From positions 9,300,001 through 9,364,000 of the forward strand of contig NC_043002.1 of the NCBI RefSeq assembly GCF_006345805.1: a stretch of DNA of 64,000 bases, given 5' to 3'. The translations under genes were made by a program, and so were the position numbers. The DNA is from Octopus sinensis (lineage: Eukaryota). Below are positions 34,713-47,375 of this stretch, one piece after another; position 1 is the first letter of the stretch; every line of letters starts with the position of its first letter. The notes beneath the pieces were generated by a model. The model worked only from the letters and a program-made list of their open reading frames with translations, had not been told where the DNA came from and did no database searches.

Positions 34713-35180
34713 TCATCATCATCATCGTTTAACGTCCGTTTTCTAGCTGGTATGGGTTGGATGGTTTGAATGGGGACTGGCAAGCCAGGAGGCCGCATCA
34801 GGCTCCAATCTGATCTGGCTGTGTTTCTACAGCTGGATGCCTTTCCTAATGCCAACCACTCTGAGAGTATAGTAGATGCTTTTTACGTGCCACCAGCATG
34901 GGAGCCAGTCTGATGGCATTGGCATCAGCCATGTTCGGATGGTGCTTTTTAGGTGCTATCAGTACAGGAGCCAGTCGGGGCAGGAGGGCTGGCATTGACC
35001 ATGTTCGGATGGTGCTTTTTATGTGCCACCAGTACGGGGAGCCAGTCGGAGAAGGAGGGCTGGCATTGACCATGTTCAGATGGTGCTTTTTATGTGCCAC
35101 CAGTACGGGGAGCCAGTCAGGCGGCACTGGCAACGGCCACAAGTACAATTTTCACTTTTGCTTGTGATTTGACTTTTGAT
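34713..35180 (-). mobile_element. RTE 3' UTR fragment with local 65 bp tandem duplication
   Basis: GGAGGGCTGGCATTGACCATGTTC twice; conserved end. Confidence 0.85.
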
Positions 35181-35446
35181 TTTACTTATAACCAAATAAA
35201 TGTTGGTGTGCTGTTAAAAGTAGTAAAGACAATTTCAAATGAAAACTTTTTTATTGGAAACAGAACGTCCAAAACAATGAAGGTTTAAAATATCAGCCTT
35301 CTCACCTCAAAACAATATTTGTTAACATGTTAATTTAAATAGTTAATAGAATAGAGATGTGAACAAGAAGACTGTAGAAATTATCAAATAGACAAGAGAA
35401 GATAGTTTTACAATGTATTAAAAGAGAAATAAAGTGCATGTTGACT

Positions 35447-35668
35447 ATCACCATCATTGTTTAATGTCCGCTTTCCATGCTAGCATGGGTTGGACGATTT
35501 TGACAGAGGTCTGGCGAAGCAGATGGCTGCACCAGGCTTCAATCTTGATTTGGCAGAGTTTCTACAGCTGGATGCCCTTTCTAAAGCCAACCACTCCGAG
35601 AGTGTAGTGGGTGCTTTTTACGTGACACCGACACGGGGGCCAGTCAGGCGGTACTGACAATGACCGCA
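35447..35668 (-). mobile_element. RTE 3' UTR fragment
   Basis: Conserved end motif. Confidence 0.85.
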
Positions 35669-36112
35669 TAGTAAAAGATCTTGTGTGAATGTATTACTTT
35701 TGACTAGAAGTGTAAGGTATTTGTGTAAGTTTTGCGATTAGGAGAGTGAGTTATTGAACTACTTCTCATTGGTCATGTGCTTAAATATTTGTTGCTAAAA
35801 GAAATAAAAAAGCACAGCTGTCACTCACAAGTAACTGCGACTTGATAGCAAGTAATGTGCTTTCACTAATTGTTTTATGTAGTTGTGAGTAAACCTAGAC
35901 ATTCTCTCAGCCCAGCAGAACATTGAGGACATGGTACCTTAAAGGAAGAGAGGACTGCTCCAAGATTGGCTGGTACTCGCTTTCAACTGTGTAGATTGGC
36001 GCAACATGAAATGAAGTTTCTTGCTCAAGGATAACATGTTGCCTGGCCTCAGAGTTGAACTCATGACCTTAGGATCATGAGGTCAACACCATAACCATCA
36101 GGTGACATATCT

Positions 36113-36310
36113 GTTTCTTTATTACCCACAAGAGGACAAACAAACGGATTAAGTCGATTATATCGACCTCAGTGCGTAACTGGTACTTAATTTCTCGACC
36201 CCGAAAGGCAAAGCAGACCTCGGCGGAATTTGAACTCAGAACGTAACGGCAGACGAAATACAGCTACGCATTTCACCCGGCATGCTAACGGTTCTGCCAG
36301 CTCACCGCCT
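36113..36310 (-). mobile_element. SINE family B
   Basis: Reverse complement of the family B head, central domain and tail. Confidence 0.85.
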
Positions 36311-36690
36311 TCCCATCAGGTGATGCATCATGAAGTTAAAGTACTAGATTACCAGATTAACAGAGACAGTTACCTGTGAATGACCTTTCTTTTTTGAATT
36401 CTCTTCAATACTTGGAACTCTGGTGTTGCCATTGGTCATGCAAAATGGTTTCAATTCCCAGTTGAAGCTATTTTATTTGGTGGAGGTAGTCTTAGTAGTA
36501 TTGTCTCAAATTGAATATATTACATTTAGTTTTTTTATCTTATTTTACATTCTGAGTTAAAACCCCAAGTTCAGCTATTCCTTTCATTTCCTTTGGGTCA
36601 ACAGCAAGCACTGGATCAATTCAACTGACACTATGCCTCCTCTACTAAAATTCACTGATTTTACAGAAGATAGTGATGAATAGTGCACAA

Positions 36691-36985
36691 CATCATCATC
36701 ATCATCGTTTAACGTCTATTCTCTGTGCTAGCATGGGCTGGACGGTTTGACTGGGGGCTGGGAAGCCAGGAGGCTGCACCAGGCCCAGTCTGATCAGGCA
36801 GAGTTTATACAGCTGGATGCCCTTCCTAACGCCAACCACTCCATGAGTGTAGTGGGTGCTTTTACGTGCCACCGGCACAGGTGCCAGGGGAGACAGGCAG
36901 TGGCTACAATCGGTTGGTGCTTTTTACATGCCACCGGCACGGAGGCCAGCCGAGGCGGCACTGGCAACGGACACGTTCATTTTCA
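36691..36985 (-). mobile_element. RTE 3' UTR fragment
   Basis: (CAT)n plus conserved end. Confidence 0.85.
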
Positions 36986-37365
36986 GTTGAAGCTATTTTG
37001 CTTTACATATACTCCAATAAACTATAGAACAAGACATGAATGCTACAAATTTCCATTTCCCTAGACTATAGGTCTTTTATACAGAGAAATATGTAAGCTA
37101 TTTGTGAGTACAGTGGTAAAGTTTGTCGTTAAGTCCTTTTCATATCATTTATGCAACAAAATCAATGTTCTTGGGAAAGGTGTCCTTTTAAATTGGTTTA
37201 GTCTATGCCCACGCTTCAGCGGACACTCTGAAACTGGTGAGGACAATGAGATTAACGGCTTCTTGAATAACTGCAAGTCAACAGTTGTGTAAAAAATAAA
37301 TAAATTTTAAAAAATGGGAAAGAAGCCATAGAGCTGACTTTCTAGGAAAGAAGGATCAGGTATAA

Positions 37366-37723
37366 TCTCTCTCTATATATATATAAATGACAAAATATCT
37401 GTCTGTGAGTTTATCCTTTATACAAATCCACAATTTTTCAGTTAAAGGGCTCGCACTTTCTATGGTCATTGAAAACCGTCCAAGGGTGGTCGTGCACATC
37501 TTTACATTTCCCCAGTCACCTCGCAAAGCCATTAAAAAATCAATAGAAGTGACTTTTTTGTGAATTTTCTATCCAAAACCCAATGAAAATGCCTGAAACT
37601 TGATACGCCAATTGAATGCCAGCTAGCTTTATGTGATTGGTCGGAGATTTGGACAGTACTCGCGTGTATGTGTGCATGCATGCACTAGCACTATGACCCG
37701 GTGTTGCCAGGTCATAGTGCTAG
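37366..37723 (+). mobile_element. Non-autonomous Helitron
   Basis: Near-identical to 18447-18816; 5' TC, 3' hairpin and CTAG, A|T target. Confidence 0.88.
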
Positions 37724-38202
37724 TTAGTATATAAATTGTGAGCAGGAGACAAATTATTTCAGCCAAGGACAGCAAGTTTTCAGAAATATTAGTTTCGTCC
37801 CAACATTTTCTGAGCTTCAACAGTCGCACACCATTCCACTACTGCCATTACTTGGTTTCCATTTCGATTCATTTTTCACGCTCATAAAATAAATACCAAC
37901 AATATAATGACTATTCATAACTACTCTCTCTCTGTAAATATTTGCCTTGAGGCATTTAATTTTATTTTCATTTCTTCATAAAATTATCCCAAGAAAGTCC
38001 AATACACAGGACAAGAACATGAAATATCTGTCCAACAGATATGTTGTCTTGACCTATCTGTCTCTCGCAAGATGATTACTGTTCTGAAGTGATGAGATCC
38101 AACTGAAATATCATTTTCCAATTTATTTAAATGCTGGAAATGTTGATTTGTTAATCTGTCATAGTGAGCATTATAGAAGCCTCTAGCTGAAACAATGTAA
38201 AG

Positions 38203-38552
38203 ATCATCATCATCATCGTTTAACATCCACTTTCCATGCTAGCATGGGTTGGACGATTTTGACTGAGGGCTGGCGAACCAGATGGCTGCACCAAACTCCA
38301 GTCTTGATCTGGCAGAGTTTCTACAGCTGGATGCCCTTCTTAACACCAACCACTCCGCGAGTGTAGTGGGTGCTTTTTACGTGCCACCACCACAGGGTCC
38401 ATTCAGGCAATACTGGCAACAACCTCGCTCGAATCCATTTACACATACCACTGGCACAGGTAAGGTGATGTTGGTAACGATCACGCTCGAATGGTGCCCT
38501 TTAAGTGCCACTGGCATGGAAGCCGGTTAGCCGCTGGTAATGATCACGCTTG
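38203..38552 (-). mobile_element. RTE 3' UTR fragment
   Basis: (CAT)n plus conserved end. Confidence 0.85.
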
Positions 38553-38931
38553 ATAATGCAGGAAGAATGAAAAAGCTAACAAGAAAAAATTATGAAGAAA
38601 AAGCAATATTAATAAATTACCAATATTTTCTTTAACTGGCTGTACACTTGTTCCAAGAAAATTGGAAGAATTTTTCAGGGCTGCTGGGCTATGAGGCATG
38701 TAACATGTTGCAACATTATGACAAAGAAAGAATTATATGGAAAGGAACTTTTTTCTAGTTGCTAAAGAGAACGGGGGTTGGTATTTATCAGTGTGAAAAC
38801 CTGATTTGACATAAGCTGTTTTCCATTCCATAACTTTCAGTTCAAGTCTATCCACCAGGTCTACTGGCCTCACAACTTCCCTACCAGTTGAGTTACAAAG
38901 GATAAAGAAAGAAAAGTAATTGCAATAATTC

Positions 38932-39201
38932 TGTTGTGCCTGGGGAGAGTCGTTTTCTTTTTGTGCCTTATAATATAACATACTCACCGGTAAAATTTCA
39001 TTTTTATTCTCCTAAAATTTTCGTTGCGTCTTGCAACCTTTTCAATAGTTTTGACTCTGAAAAAAGTCAAAACTATTGAAAAGGTTGCAAGACGCAATGA
39101 AAATTTTAGGAAAATAAAAATAAGAATAAAGTGGAAATTTTACTGGTGAGTGTGTTATATTATAAGGCACAAAAAGAAAATGACTCTCCCCAGACACAAC
39201 A
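38932..39201. repeat. Long hairpin (about 125-137 bp arms, 8 nt loop) with a hammerhead-like motif in each arm
   Basis: 38932-39056 is the reverse complement of 39065-39201 apart from a few substitutions and one indel. Confidence 0.9.
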
Positions 39202-39285
39202 AAATATGTTTCAACACACGAACTCATGTAAAGAATCTTGCAAACCAAATCCAAAAATGAAATAATTACAATAAAGTTACATTAT

Positions 39286-39479
39286 TCATCATCATCATCA
39301 TCATCATCGTTTAACGTCCGCTTTCTATGCTAGCATGGGTTGGACAGTTCAACTGGGGTCTGGGGAGCCCGAAGGCTGCACCAGGCCAGTCAGATCTGGC
39401 AGTGTTTCTACAGCTGGATGCCCTTCCTAACGCCAACCACTCCGAGAGTGTAGTGGGTGCTTTTATGTGCCACCGACAC
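39286..39479 (-). mobile_element. RTE 3' UTR fragment
   Basis: (CAT)7 plus conserved end. Confidence 0.85.
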
Positions 39480-40068
39480 ATAAATGTGATAAAACCAAAG
39501 ACAAAATAAGTGAACAGGTTAAGAATAAAAAACACTAAATAACAGATGAATATGACCATAGTATTTATTTTAAATAATAAACCCATATGGAAGTTATGAA
39601 GAAACTACCATACAGTAATGTAGGTTGTTATGCCACAGTTGATGGTCAGAATGAGACATTGGACTGTGTCAGAAACAATTCAACTTCAGCAGCTGTTCTA
39701 GCTGTTTCACTTGGAGATTAAGAAAGAGTGTGTGCATGTAGGTGTGTGTGTGCGCATGTGAGTGTATGATGTATGTATATGTGCATGTGTGTGTGTGTGA
39801 ATGTGTGTGTGTATGTCTTATACACACATACACACAAACACACTCATACATATATGTGAACTGATTAATGTTTTGTTTTTTTTATGTAAAATTTATCAAA
39901 ACAGTTGAACATTAATTGAAGGATCACTCAATAATTTTCAGTAGAGTATCATATATATATTTTACAAAGACAAAATTGACAGTGACTTCAAAAGTTTTGG
40001 CTTTACTTGCCACCTATCAACAGTCTGACGATGGCTGGTAAGGCAAAACCTTGAAATCACTGTCAAAC

Positions 40069-40074
40069 TTTATT
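40069..40074 (-). terminator. Candidate polyadenylation signal (AATAAA) for the RSBN1-like transcript
   Basis: AATAAA on the minus strand about 720 nt after the stop codon; such hexamers are common in AT-rich DNA, so support is weak. Confidence 0.3.
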
Positions 40075-40795
40075 TTATAAAATACATATGAATACACACA
40101 CACACATACATGCACACACACATAGATGAAAGCTATATATATATTATTATATACACAACAATTGATTTTAGCAAACTTTTTATAGTCACCCATATGAAGA
40201 TAAAATAAGATAGGGAAATAAAACAAAATTGAATAAAAATCAACAATTTTTGTCCTGAATTCATCAGGCCCATCTAATTTTCTTTTCCTTTTGCTCAAAG
40301 ATAACAATCTAATTTAAAAGATAAACAAGTGTTATAAAAACTGGGAATAGGGGAGCATCATATATATTAATAAGATTGAAATGAATCAAATGAAATAGCA
40401 GCAGCAGCTTAGTGGAAAAGGTAAAATATATTGAAAGAATGTATATGCAGAATAAGTTTGGGCATTGCAAATGTGAAAGTAAAGAATGAGAGAGAGAGAG
40501 AGAAAGAGAAAGTGTGATAGAGAGATAGATGGAGAGAGGGGAAATAAGGAAAAAGTAGAGGAATAGATAAGCTAAATAAAATGAAAAAAATTAAATAAAA
40601 GAACAAAAAAAAACACTGTTCATTAAAATAGGGAGTTTGGGATATTTTTACTGTTGAGTTGGGACTGTATCATAGTTGTGGTTAGAAGAGCAGCCACTAA
40701 AATCCAAACAGTAAAGTTTGAAATTTACATAATTTAGCGAAAATTAGCCCCACTTGTTCCTGGAATATTAGTAAGTGGGATCATTAATTAAAATG

Positions 40796-43228
40796 TCAAG
40801 TATCAGTATCCATTGGAGACTCTTCACAATGTTGATGTGTCTCAGGAACATATCTGGTTGTGGATTGTTCAGGCTTGGAAGGGAGATACTGGTGTTCAAT
40901 GAGAGTGTCTTCAGGTTTGATGCTGGCATCGTACATCTTTCTAAGAAACTGCTGTGTAGTTGATGCTGGCTGTGCTTTGGAGATATCTTGGTCAACACTA
41001 ACACTTTCATGAACATCAACAAAGTGCGATGGGGGCATTTCAATCACAGGCAACTGTTGAGATGAGGCAGGGTTATTGTTTCCAGTAGAAGTGAGATCAA
41101 CACCAGCTGACTGAAAAGCTGATTGGTGTACTGTAATAAGCTTTTCTGGACTAGTTGATTCTTGTATGACCATTTCTTGAACTGTTTCTTCAGAAATAAC
41201 TTCACAAGATTCTAATGATGTAGGCTTAGATTTACAAATGATTGTGCAAGATTCAATAGTAGTTGGCTGAGGAGTACTTGGAGATGGCAATGAGCTTGGA
41301 GTATCAACTAGAGTTTGATTTTTAGATGGCTCTGAGGGAAAATAACTGCTGATGGGATTGATGATGGCTAAGTTTTCTGGGGTGGGCAATTCTAATCTTT
41401 TTTTTGTGTTGTGTTCAACTGGAAATATTTCAGTTGAGCTTTGGTGAGGTTTTGCATCCTTCTGACTGTTATTTTCTACTGAAACAATGGGTTGAGATTT
41501 TATACTAGATGATTCCTTTTTAGGGGTAGAAATTTCAACAGAGGTTAAATCCTTGTTCACATCTGAAGGAAAACTAGGAGTTTTCTCAGTTTTCAGTGAA
41601 CATGACAAGCTAGTTGTTGGTTTGGGTTCTGCTATAACTGATTGTGCTTTGGGGTGATCAATACGTGATACATCTAAGGACCTGGGTTGAGTAACAGTAT
41701 GGTGTTCAGACTCTTTGTTAATAGTAGGGCTTGGTATTAAACTAGTTTCCCTTTCAGTCACATTTGATGTTGGCACTGAAACAGATATCTCTTTATGGGC
41801 CAGATTTGGTGATGGCACACATGAAGGCATCTCTTTCTGAGCAACTACACACAGCTCTGCTTTTGGTTCAATATTAGCCTCTGACACTGTTGGAAATTGT
41901 TTTTTAGGAATTGCAACAGGAGCAGTTTCTTTTTGAAATTCTTTCACTGATGAAGATTTGTTTGCTTCAGACACATTTGCTGACAACACAGCATGGGGAT
42001 CTTGTGGAGGAGTAGCTTCAGTAACTGATGTTGGCATTAAACTCTCTTTTTTGTGATCATGAGCTGTGGCTACTGAACTAGAAGATTCTGTGGCAGCAAG
42101 ACATTGAGGGGAAGATTTTTCACAAACATTTAAATCCCAAGAAGAGGTAACTGTTTCGCTCTTGCTATGTTTTGAACTTGTTGACACTTGTTTATGTTTA
42201 GACATTGAAGAGAAATCTTTATGACTGAAATTAGAATGAGAATCTGATTTTGAAACTTTGGGGACAAAACTGGACCCAAGCCCTGATTTTGATGATTCAT
42301 GTTTAGTAACAGAAGGTTTTGTAGCTATTTTAAATGCTTCGTGTTTAGTGTGTGGTTTGGATTCTGAAGATAAAAATTCAGGTTTGGTCACAGAAAATGT
42401 AGATTTTGATAATGATTCTTGCTTTTTAAAAGGATTTTGTGTGCATGACAGAGATTTTTGTTTAACAGTGTGGGAATAATCTTGTGTAACTATAGTTGGA
42501 ATTTGTGCTTTGCTAGAATGCTCAGATTTAACAAAAGAATATTTTGAAACTGAAGGACTCTTATGTTTGTGTGCTGGATTTTGTGTTACTGAAGAACTGT
42601 CTCGTTTCATAGAAGGATGATCATGTCCTGAAATCTTTCTTTCAGATTTGCTCACAGAAGAACTTGGCTCCTTATGTGTGAATGAAGGCTCCTTTTTGGT
42701 AACAGAATGCTCTTTTTTCCCTGACAATTCCAGTTTACAACCAGATGCTTTCTTGTGGTGTTTGCCACTGGAATCGGGAATCACAGACTGGGAATCATGA
42801 TGGCTTTTAGAAATTGATTCTGACTTGGTATGACAGACTATGGTTTGTGGAGCTAATGGTACAGATTCATGTGGCTGCTTTTGTGGATGTGATGAATGTG
42901 TATGATTATCAGGAGTTAGCTGCTTGGCTTCAGGGTCTTCTGACTTTACATTGTGAACTGAAGGTTCTTGCTTAACAGAGCTTTCTTGTTCCATAGGTTC
43001 TTCTTTGTTTTTATCTGCTTCGTCCTCATCATCAGTTTGAAGATCAGGATAGTAGCTGCGTAATCTCACATGCCAAGCAATGCTTGTAACTGCTGACACA
43101 GTTTTGAACTGGTGTACAACATTCCTTGGGATAAAATAGATATCATTATGTCGGAGTTGAATACGTGCATAACGGATACCTTCTCTATGCAACTGGTTCA
43201 ATTTTGCATCCTCCACCCAGGTAACACA
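40796..43228 (-). CDS. RSBN1: Terminal coding exon of RSBN1/RSBN1L-like lysine demethylase (KDM9 family): end of the conserved domain plus a long low-complexity tail
   Basis: Acceptor ttttctAG|TGT; translates [56 protein letters not shown], matching the RSBN1 conserved block as I recall it; open to TGA at 40798-40796; phase 0 agrees with the preceding exon. Confidence 0.92.
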   Translation of the reverse strand, partial: CVTWVEDAKLNQLHREGIRYARIQLRHNDIYFIPRNVVHQFKTVSAVTSIAWHVRLRSYYPDLQTDDEDEADKNKEEPMEQESSVKQEPSVHNVKSEDPEAKQLTPDNHTHSSHPQKQPHESVPLAPQTIVCHTKSESISKSHHDSQSVIPDSSGKHHKKASGCKLELSGKKEHSVTKKEPSFTHKEPSSSVSKSERKISGHDHPSMKRDSSSVTQNPAHKHKSPSVSKYSFVKSEHSSKAQIPTIVTQDYSHTVKQKSLSCTQNPFKKQESLSKSTFSVTKPEFLSSESKPHTKHEAFKIATKPSVTKHESSKSGLGSSFVPKVSKSDSHSNFSHKDFSSMSKHKQVSTSSKHSKSETVTSSWDLNVCEKSSPQCLAATESSSSVATAHDHKKESLMPTSVTEATPPQDPHAVLSANVSEANKSSSVKEFQKETAPVAIPKKQFPTVSEANIEPKAELCVVAQKEMPSCVPSPNLAHKEISVSVPTSNVTERETSLIPSPTINKESEHHTVTQPRSLDVSRIDHPKAQSVIAEPKPTTSLSCSLKTEKTPSFPSDVNKDLTSVEISTPKKESSSIKSQPIVSVENNSQKDAKPHQSSTEIFPVEHNTKKRLELPTPENLAIINPISSYFPSEPSKNQTLVDTPSSLPSPSTPQPTTIESCTIICKSKPTSLESCEVISEETVQEMVIQESTSPEKLITVHQSAFQSAGVDLTSTGNNNPASSQQLPVIEMPPSHFVDVHESVSVDQDISKAQPASTTQQFLRKMYDASIKPEDTLIEHQYLPSKPEQSTTRYVPETHQHCEESPMDTDT

Positions 43229-43335
43229 CTAGAAAACAGAACAATAGAATTTTGATTTATATGATAGTTTTACAAGAATGAAAATTTAGGAAAAAACAAA
43301 TGTCATACTTCATATAATGTTTTAATATCATGGTA

Positions 43336-43576
43336 TACCTATTTCTTTACTACCAATAAGGGGCTAAACACAGAGTGGACAAACAAGGACAGACAAACGG
43401 ATTAAGTCGATTATATCGACCCCAGTGCGTAACTGGTACTTAATTTATCGACTCCGAAAGGATGAAAGGCAAAGTTGACCTCAGCGGAATTTGAACTCAC
43501 AACCTAACAGCAGACGAAATTACGGCTACGCATTTCGCCCGGCATGCTAACGTTTCTGCCAGCTCGCCGCCGCCTT
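43336..43576 (-). mobile_element. SINE family B in the last RSBN1 intron
   Basis: Full head-to-tail match to 18932-19167. Confidence 0.88.
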
Positions 43577-44075
43577 AGTATAGATTTTTAGATCTTGCAT
43601 TATAGATTTCTGAAGTTGGACTAAAGTGTATGAATTAATGTATGTTTCTTGAGATTTTTATATTTTTCTTTCTTTTGCTGCCGTTACAGATTTAGTAGGT
43701 TTGTTGTATCCCTTCAATTTAGTTGCCTTCATCTCTTTGGCTCATATTACCTGCACCTGTCTATGTGATTAGTCTCAACTACAAAGGCAGATTAAACATG
43801 AAGCAGCAATAATTTCATTCAAGATTTAATTCCAGCAAAATAAAGATAAAATTGCGAAGGATTAAAGACCAAAACAGTAGCTTGACAAAAGGTCACTAAA
43901 GACACAACCTATATTTTTCCTGCCAACAGACTTCTTGTTAGAAATAATGTTTGTATTACTGGAATCGAAGGCTCTACTCTTAGAATTTATATCAACTGTA
44001 ATCAAGCATAAATGTTTAACCTTCTTCCCTACTAGAACAGCAAATGTACAATTTGAATAAGTTTATGATACCTAC

Positions 44076-44187
44076 TTGTGATACAGGGGGTTCATGTAAA
44101 TCAAGTTGCATCTTATTAACTAATTCAAGGAAATCTCCTGGGTGGAAACAGATCACATCTTTAACAATTCTGTTCTGCTTTGGAATT
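44076..44187 (-). CDS. RSBN1: RSBN1-like penultimate exon (112 nt)
   Basis: ttttacAG|A ATT CCA...TCA CAA|GTaggt; encodes [37 protein letters not shown]; phase 2 in, phase 0 out, consistent with both neighbours. Absent from the ORF track. Confidence 0.92.
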
Positions 44188-44312
44188 CTGTAAAATTAGA
44201 ACATTGGATGTGTTATTCCAGCAAGAATAATTTTTGAAAAGAAAGATCAAAAGAAAATCAACAGTAATGAATTGAAAATTCTAATTTGGCAAAACAATGA
44301 AAGAAACCATAC

Positions 44313-44480
44313 TCTTTTGGTTTATTGACAGCTTTCAGTACCCCTACAGCTGCAGTTGTGCGCCTATCAAATCCATGTCCCACATGGTCAGCATGGCAAC
44401 GAGTTCTGTCCTCCACTAAAATTTCCCGTGGTTCTGATGCACGAGGTAAATACTGTAAATTTTTCAACTCATTCATCCCT
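44313..44480 (-). CDS. RSBN1: RSBN1-like internal exon (168 nt)
   Basis: Long polypyrimidine tract and ccAG|A GGG ATG; encodes GMNELKNLQYLPRASEPREILVEDRTRCHADHVGHGFDRRTTAAVGVLKAVNKPK; donor AAA GA|GTatgg (phase 2, completes GAA with next exon). An alternative AG 2 nt downstream cannot be excluded. Confidence 0.9.
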
Positions 44481-44809
44481 CTGGAAAAAAAAGAAAAGAA
44501 AAAAAAAAGACTCAATTCATTGCAACACAACCTTTTCAGAAAGTTTTAAAGAATACTCTAAGATAATGAATAAATATCATATGCAACTGAGAGGCTGAAT
44601 TTTCTAAGTGGGTAATGCTCCAGGCACTGATACTGGTGTTCTATGACTAAATACTGCCTGTTCAACTGAGAGAGATAATTATAAAGTATAGAATGCTTTC
44701 AGATGGTAAGAGTAACAATATTGATCTTTATAGTGCATGGTACTTTTGTATTCAGCAAGAAGCAGAAAATTTTAAATTTCAATACAAAAAAAAGAGTTCC
44801 AAATTCATA

Positions 44810-46373
44810 CAATAAAAACCCATGTAATAGGGTTTTACCCTATACAGTGTAATTTACGCAGGTGATCTTCAGGATAAAAATTGTTAAAAAAAAAAAGCTT
44901 CTACCCGGGTAATTCGCACCCAAAAGTTTTCAGAATTGCAGATATGGCCAGGGGGAAAAGGTTTTCAATTTAGTTGTATTTAGCATAATTTCACTTATGA
45001 TTAGATTTTACTAAATATTCATTAAACAAAATTAATTTGTTTAACAAGTATCACATTGAAAGTTATTTAATTACAAAGTTTTTTGTGTTGTTTATAATAA
45101 ACTTTATTTTACATTTCTTGCCCACAAGAGATTATGTCTGATCTTTAGCATACTTCTGTATGTCTTCTCAAATCACGATCACAGGAAAAGTTGTTGATAA
45201 TTCTTATCAACAAAAATAAAGCTGATAAATACGCACAAGTGTTGCAAAATAAGTCTAATTACCAACCAACATCAGCTTGGATGACACTTTACTCAACCGA
45301 CAGAGGAAGGTGACCGATCAAACTGATTATGTAAACAGAATTCTGATTGGTTGAAAGCGTCTTCTTTTCTCAAGCTCTGATTTTCTGCCTATTCTTGTCG
45401 GAACCTTTGATACGAAGCATCAAATTTTAATCCCTTTCACACTTATAAAATGTCAAGCAAACTTTAAAATTTATCATTACTGTTTTAGCCAGGAGACCAA
45501 ACTGACAGTTTGGTAACCTGCTAAAATAAACATTAAAAATCGAAAGGAGAAAATAAACAGCTTTGCAAGTTTAACTCAGTGTTTACTGAACAAGAGAGGT
45601 GTGAAATTTAAGAAGCGACCTGTTAGAATATACACGTCTGTGAGGAGACATAGACAAGAATAGCAAAAATCTACTACACCAAAAGAACTGGCAATACATA
45701 CAAGTGTTCTATGAAGAGAACATAAGATTGCTGCATAATTCAACCTGAATGTGAAATGACATTAAATACTGTATAAGGTAAATGAAGGTTTCTATAGGAA
45801 TGCTAAGTCATATTCACTTAGTGAGTTTACATGCGCAAGGATGAATTATGATGTTGTGATTGGCATTAGGTGCAGAAAGAGCTGATAGTGGCGATGTTGG
45901 CGGTGATAAATTTCATTGTCCTAATTGTGTAGAAAGCGAGCAACAGCTTCCTGGAGGTGAACCAAGCTAGACTTCTTAAGTGGAGAAAACCGGATCTATT
46001 TAAGGAAATTGCTGGACTCCATTGCAATAGGTAGAAACTCCAAGAAAATGTAAAATATGGCGTGGACTGTGATTACCAGCATGAACGTCAAACTTCAAAA
46101 AGAAGTTAACCATTAATGGTTTTAGTAAATTTATACAGAAAAAGTAAGCGTTATACCGTCCAGCATAAATAAAAGTCAACTTCATTATATTTTTTTCTGG
46201 GAAAACCTATTCTAACATTAAATGAGTCAACTTCCTGTATGAATGTTTACATTTGTGTCATTTTCCAACAAAAAAATTTCTGTAAACAATCTACTCATGT
46301 AATTTACGCACCCACCAAAGTTTATTTTTTGTTTTTGCCAAAAAAAGTGCATAAATTACATGGGTTTTTACAG
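44810..46373. mobile_element. Old Tc1/pogo-like DNA transposon relic
   Basis: AAAAACCCATGTAAT at about 44815 is inverted to ATTACATGGGTTTTT at about 46356; subterminal GTAATTTACGCA copies at about 44848 and 46299. Confidence 0.5.
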
Positions 46374-46387
46374 CGGGTTTTTTTATA

Positions 46388-46808
46388 GGTGCAGGAGTGG
46401 CTGTGTGGTAAGTAGCTTGCTTACCAACCACATGGTTCCGGGTTCAGTCGCACTGCGTGGCACCTTGGGCAAGTGTCTTCTGCTATAGCCTCGGGCCGAC
46501 CAATGTCTTGTGAGTGGATTTGGGAGACGGAAACTGAAAGAAGCCTGTCGTATATATGTATATATATATATATGTATGTATGTGTGTGTATGTTTGTGTG
46601 TCTGTATTTGTCCCCCTAGCATTGCTTGACAACCGATGCTGGTGTGTTTATGTCCCTGTCACTTAGCGGTTCGGCAAAAGAGACCGATAGAATAAGTACT
46701 TGGCTTACAAAGAATAAGTCCCGGGGTCGATTTGCTCGACTAAAGGCGGTGCTTCAGCATGGCCGCAGTCTAATGACTGAAACAAGTAAAAAGAGTAAAA
46801 AGAGAGTA
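46388..46808 (+). mobile_element. SINE family A, full length
   Basis: A box TGGCTGTGTGG, B box, CORE-like segment, tail AGTAAAAAGAGTAAAAAG. Confidence 0.9.
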
Positions 46809-47115
46809 ACCTGATTATGGCATTAGTTTAGAAATTAAACAAATGCAACAATACCAGACCTACTTGTGATGCGTCTTCTATAAACCAGACATATTTGAGA
46901 GTTGGCACTTGAAAATACGAGAGTTTAACATGTAAAATTTGAAGTATAAACACAGGTTTGCCTGCAACATTGAACAAGAAGTATATACTTTTATTGAAGA
47001 TACATACAAAAGCTATGTAAGAGAATAATAAATAATCATATATTCTCCATGAATTATTAATTTAAAAAAGATAATAAAGATTTGATTAACACTCTGCTGC
47101 AACAGTTATATAAAT

Positions 47116-47375
47116 GGGGTAGAAAGGGCTCCTTAGCCGTAGTGAAGGCAATCTATCTAGGGAGATAACCTTACAATAAATCACTCGGTCTGTAGCTTAG
47201 AAATACTGGGTTGACGTCCAGCGGGAACAGCTTTGTTTCGTGGAGGAGGAAAGATCTTCTTTAGTACTTGGTTGTACAATGCTTTCCAACGTGTGTAGTA
47301 GTGGCGTGCGCACACATTATTAGCCATTTGAAAAGACCATGAAAGTCTCGACCACGGTCGAACAATGATGATGAT
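47116..47375 (+). mobile_element. Short non-autonomous retroelement with RTE-derived tail and 11 bp TSD
   Basis: TSD GTTATATAAAT at 47105-47115 and 47376-47386; ends GTCTCGACCACGGTCGAACAATGATGATGAT, as does the LINE fragment ending at 28846. Confidence 0.8.
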
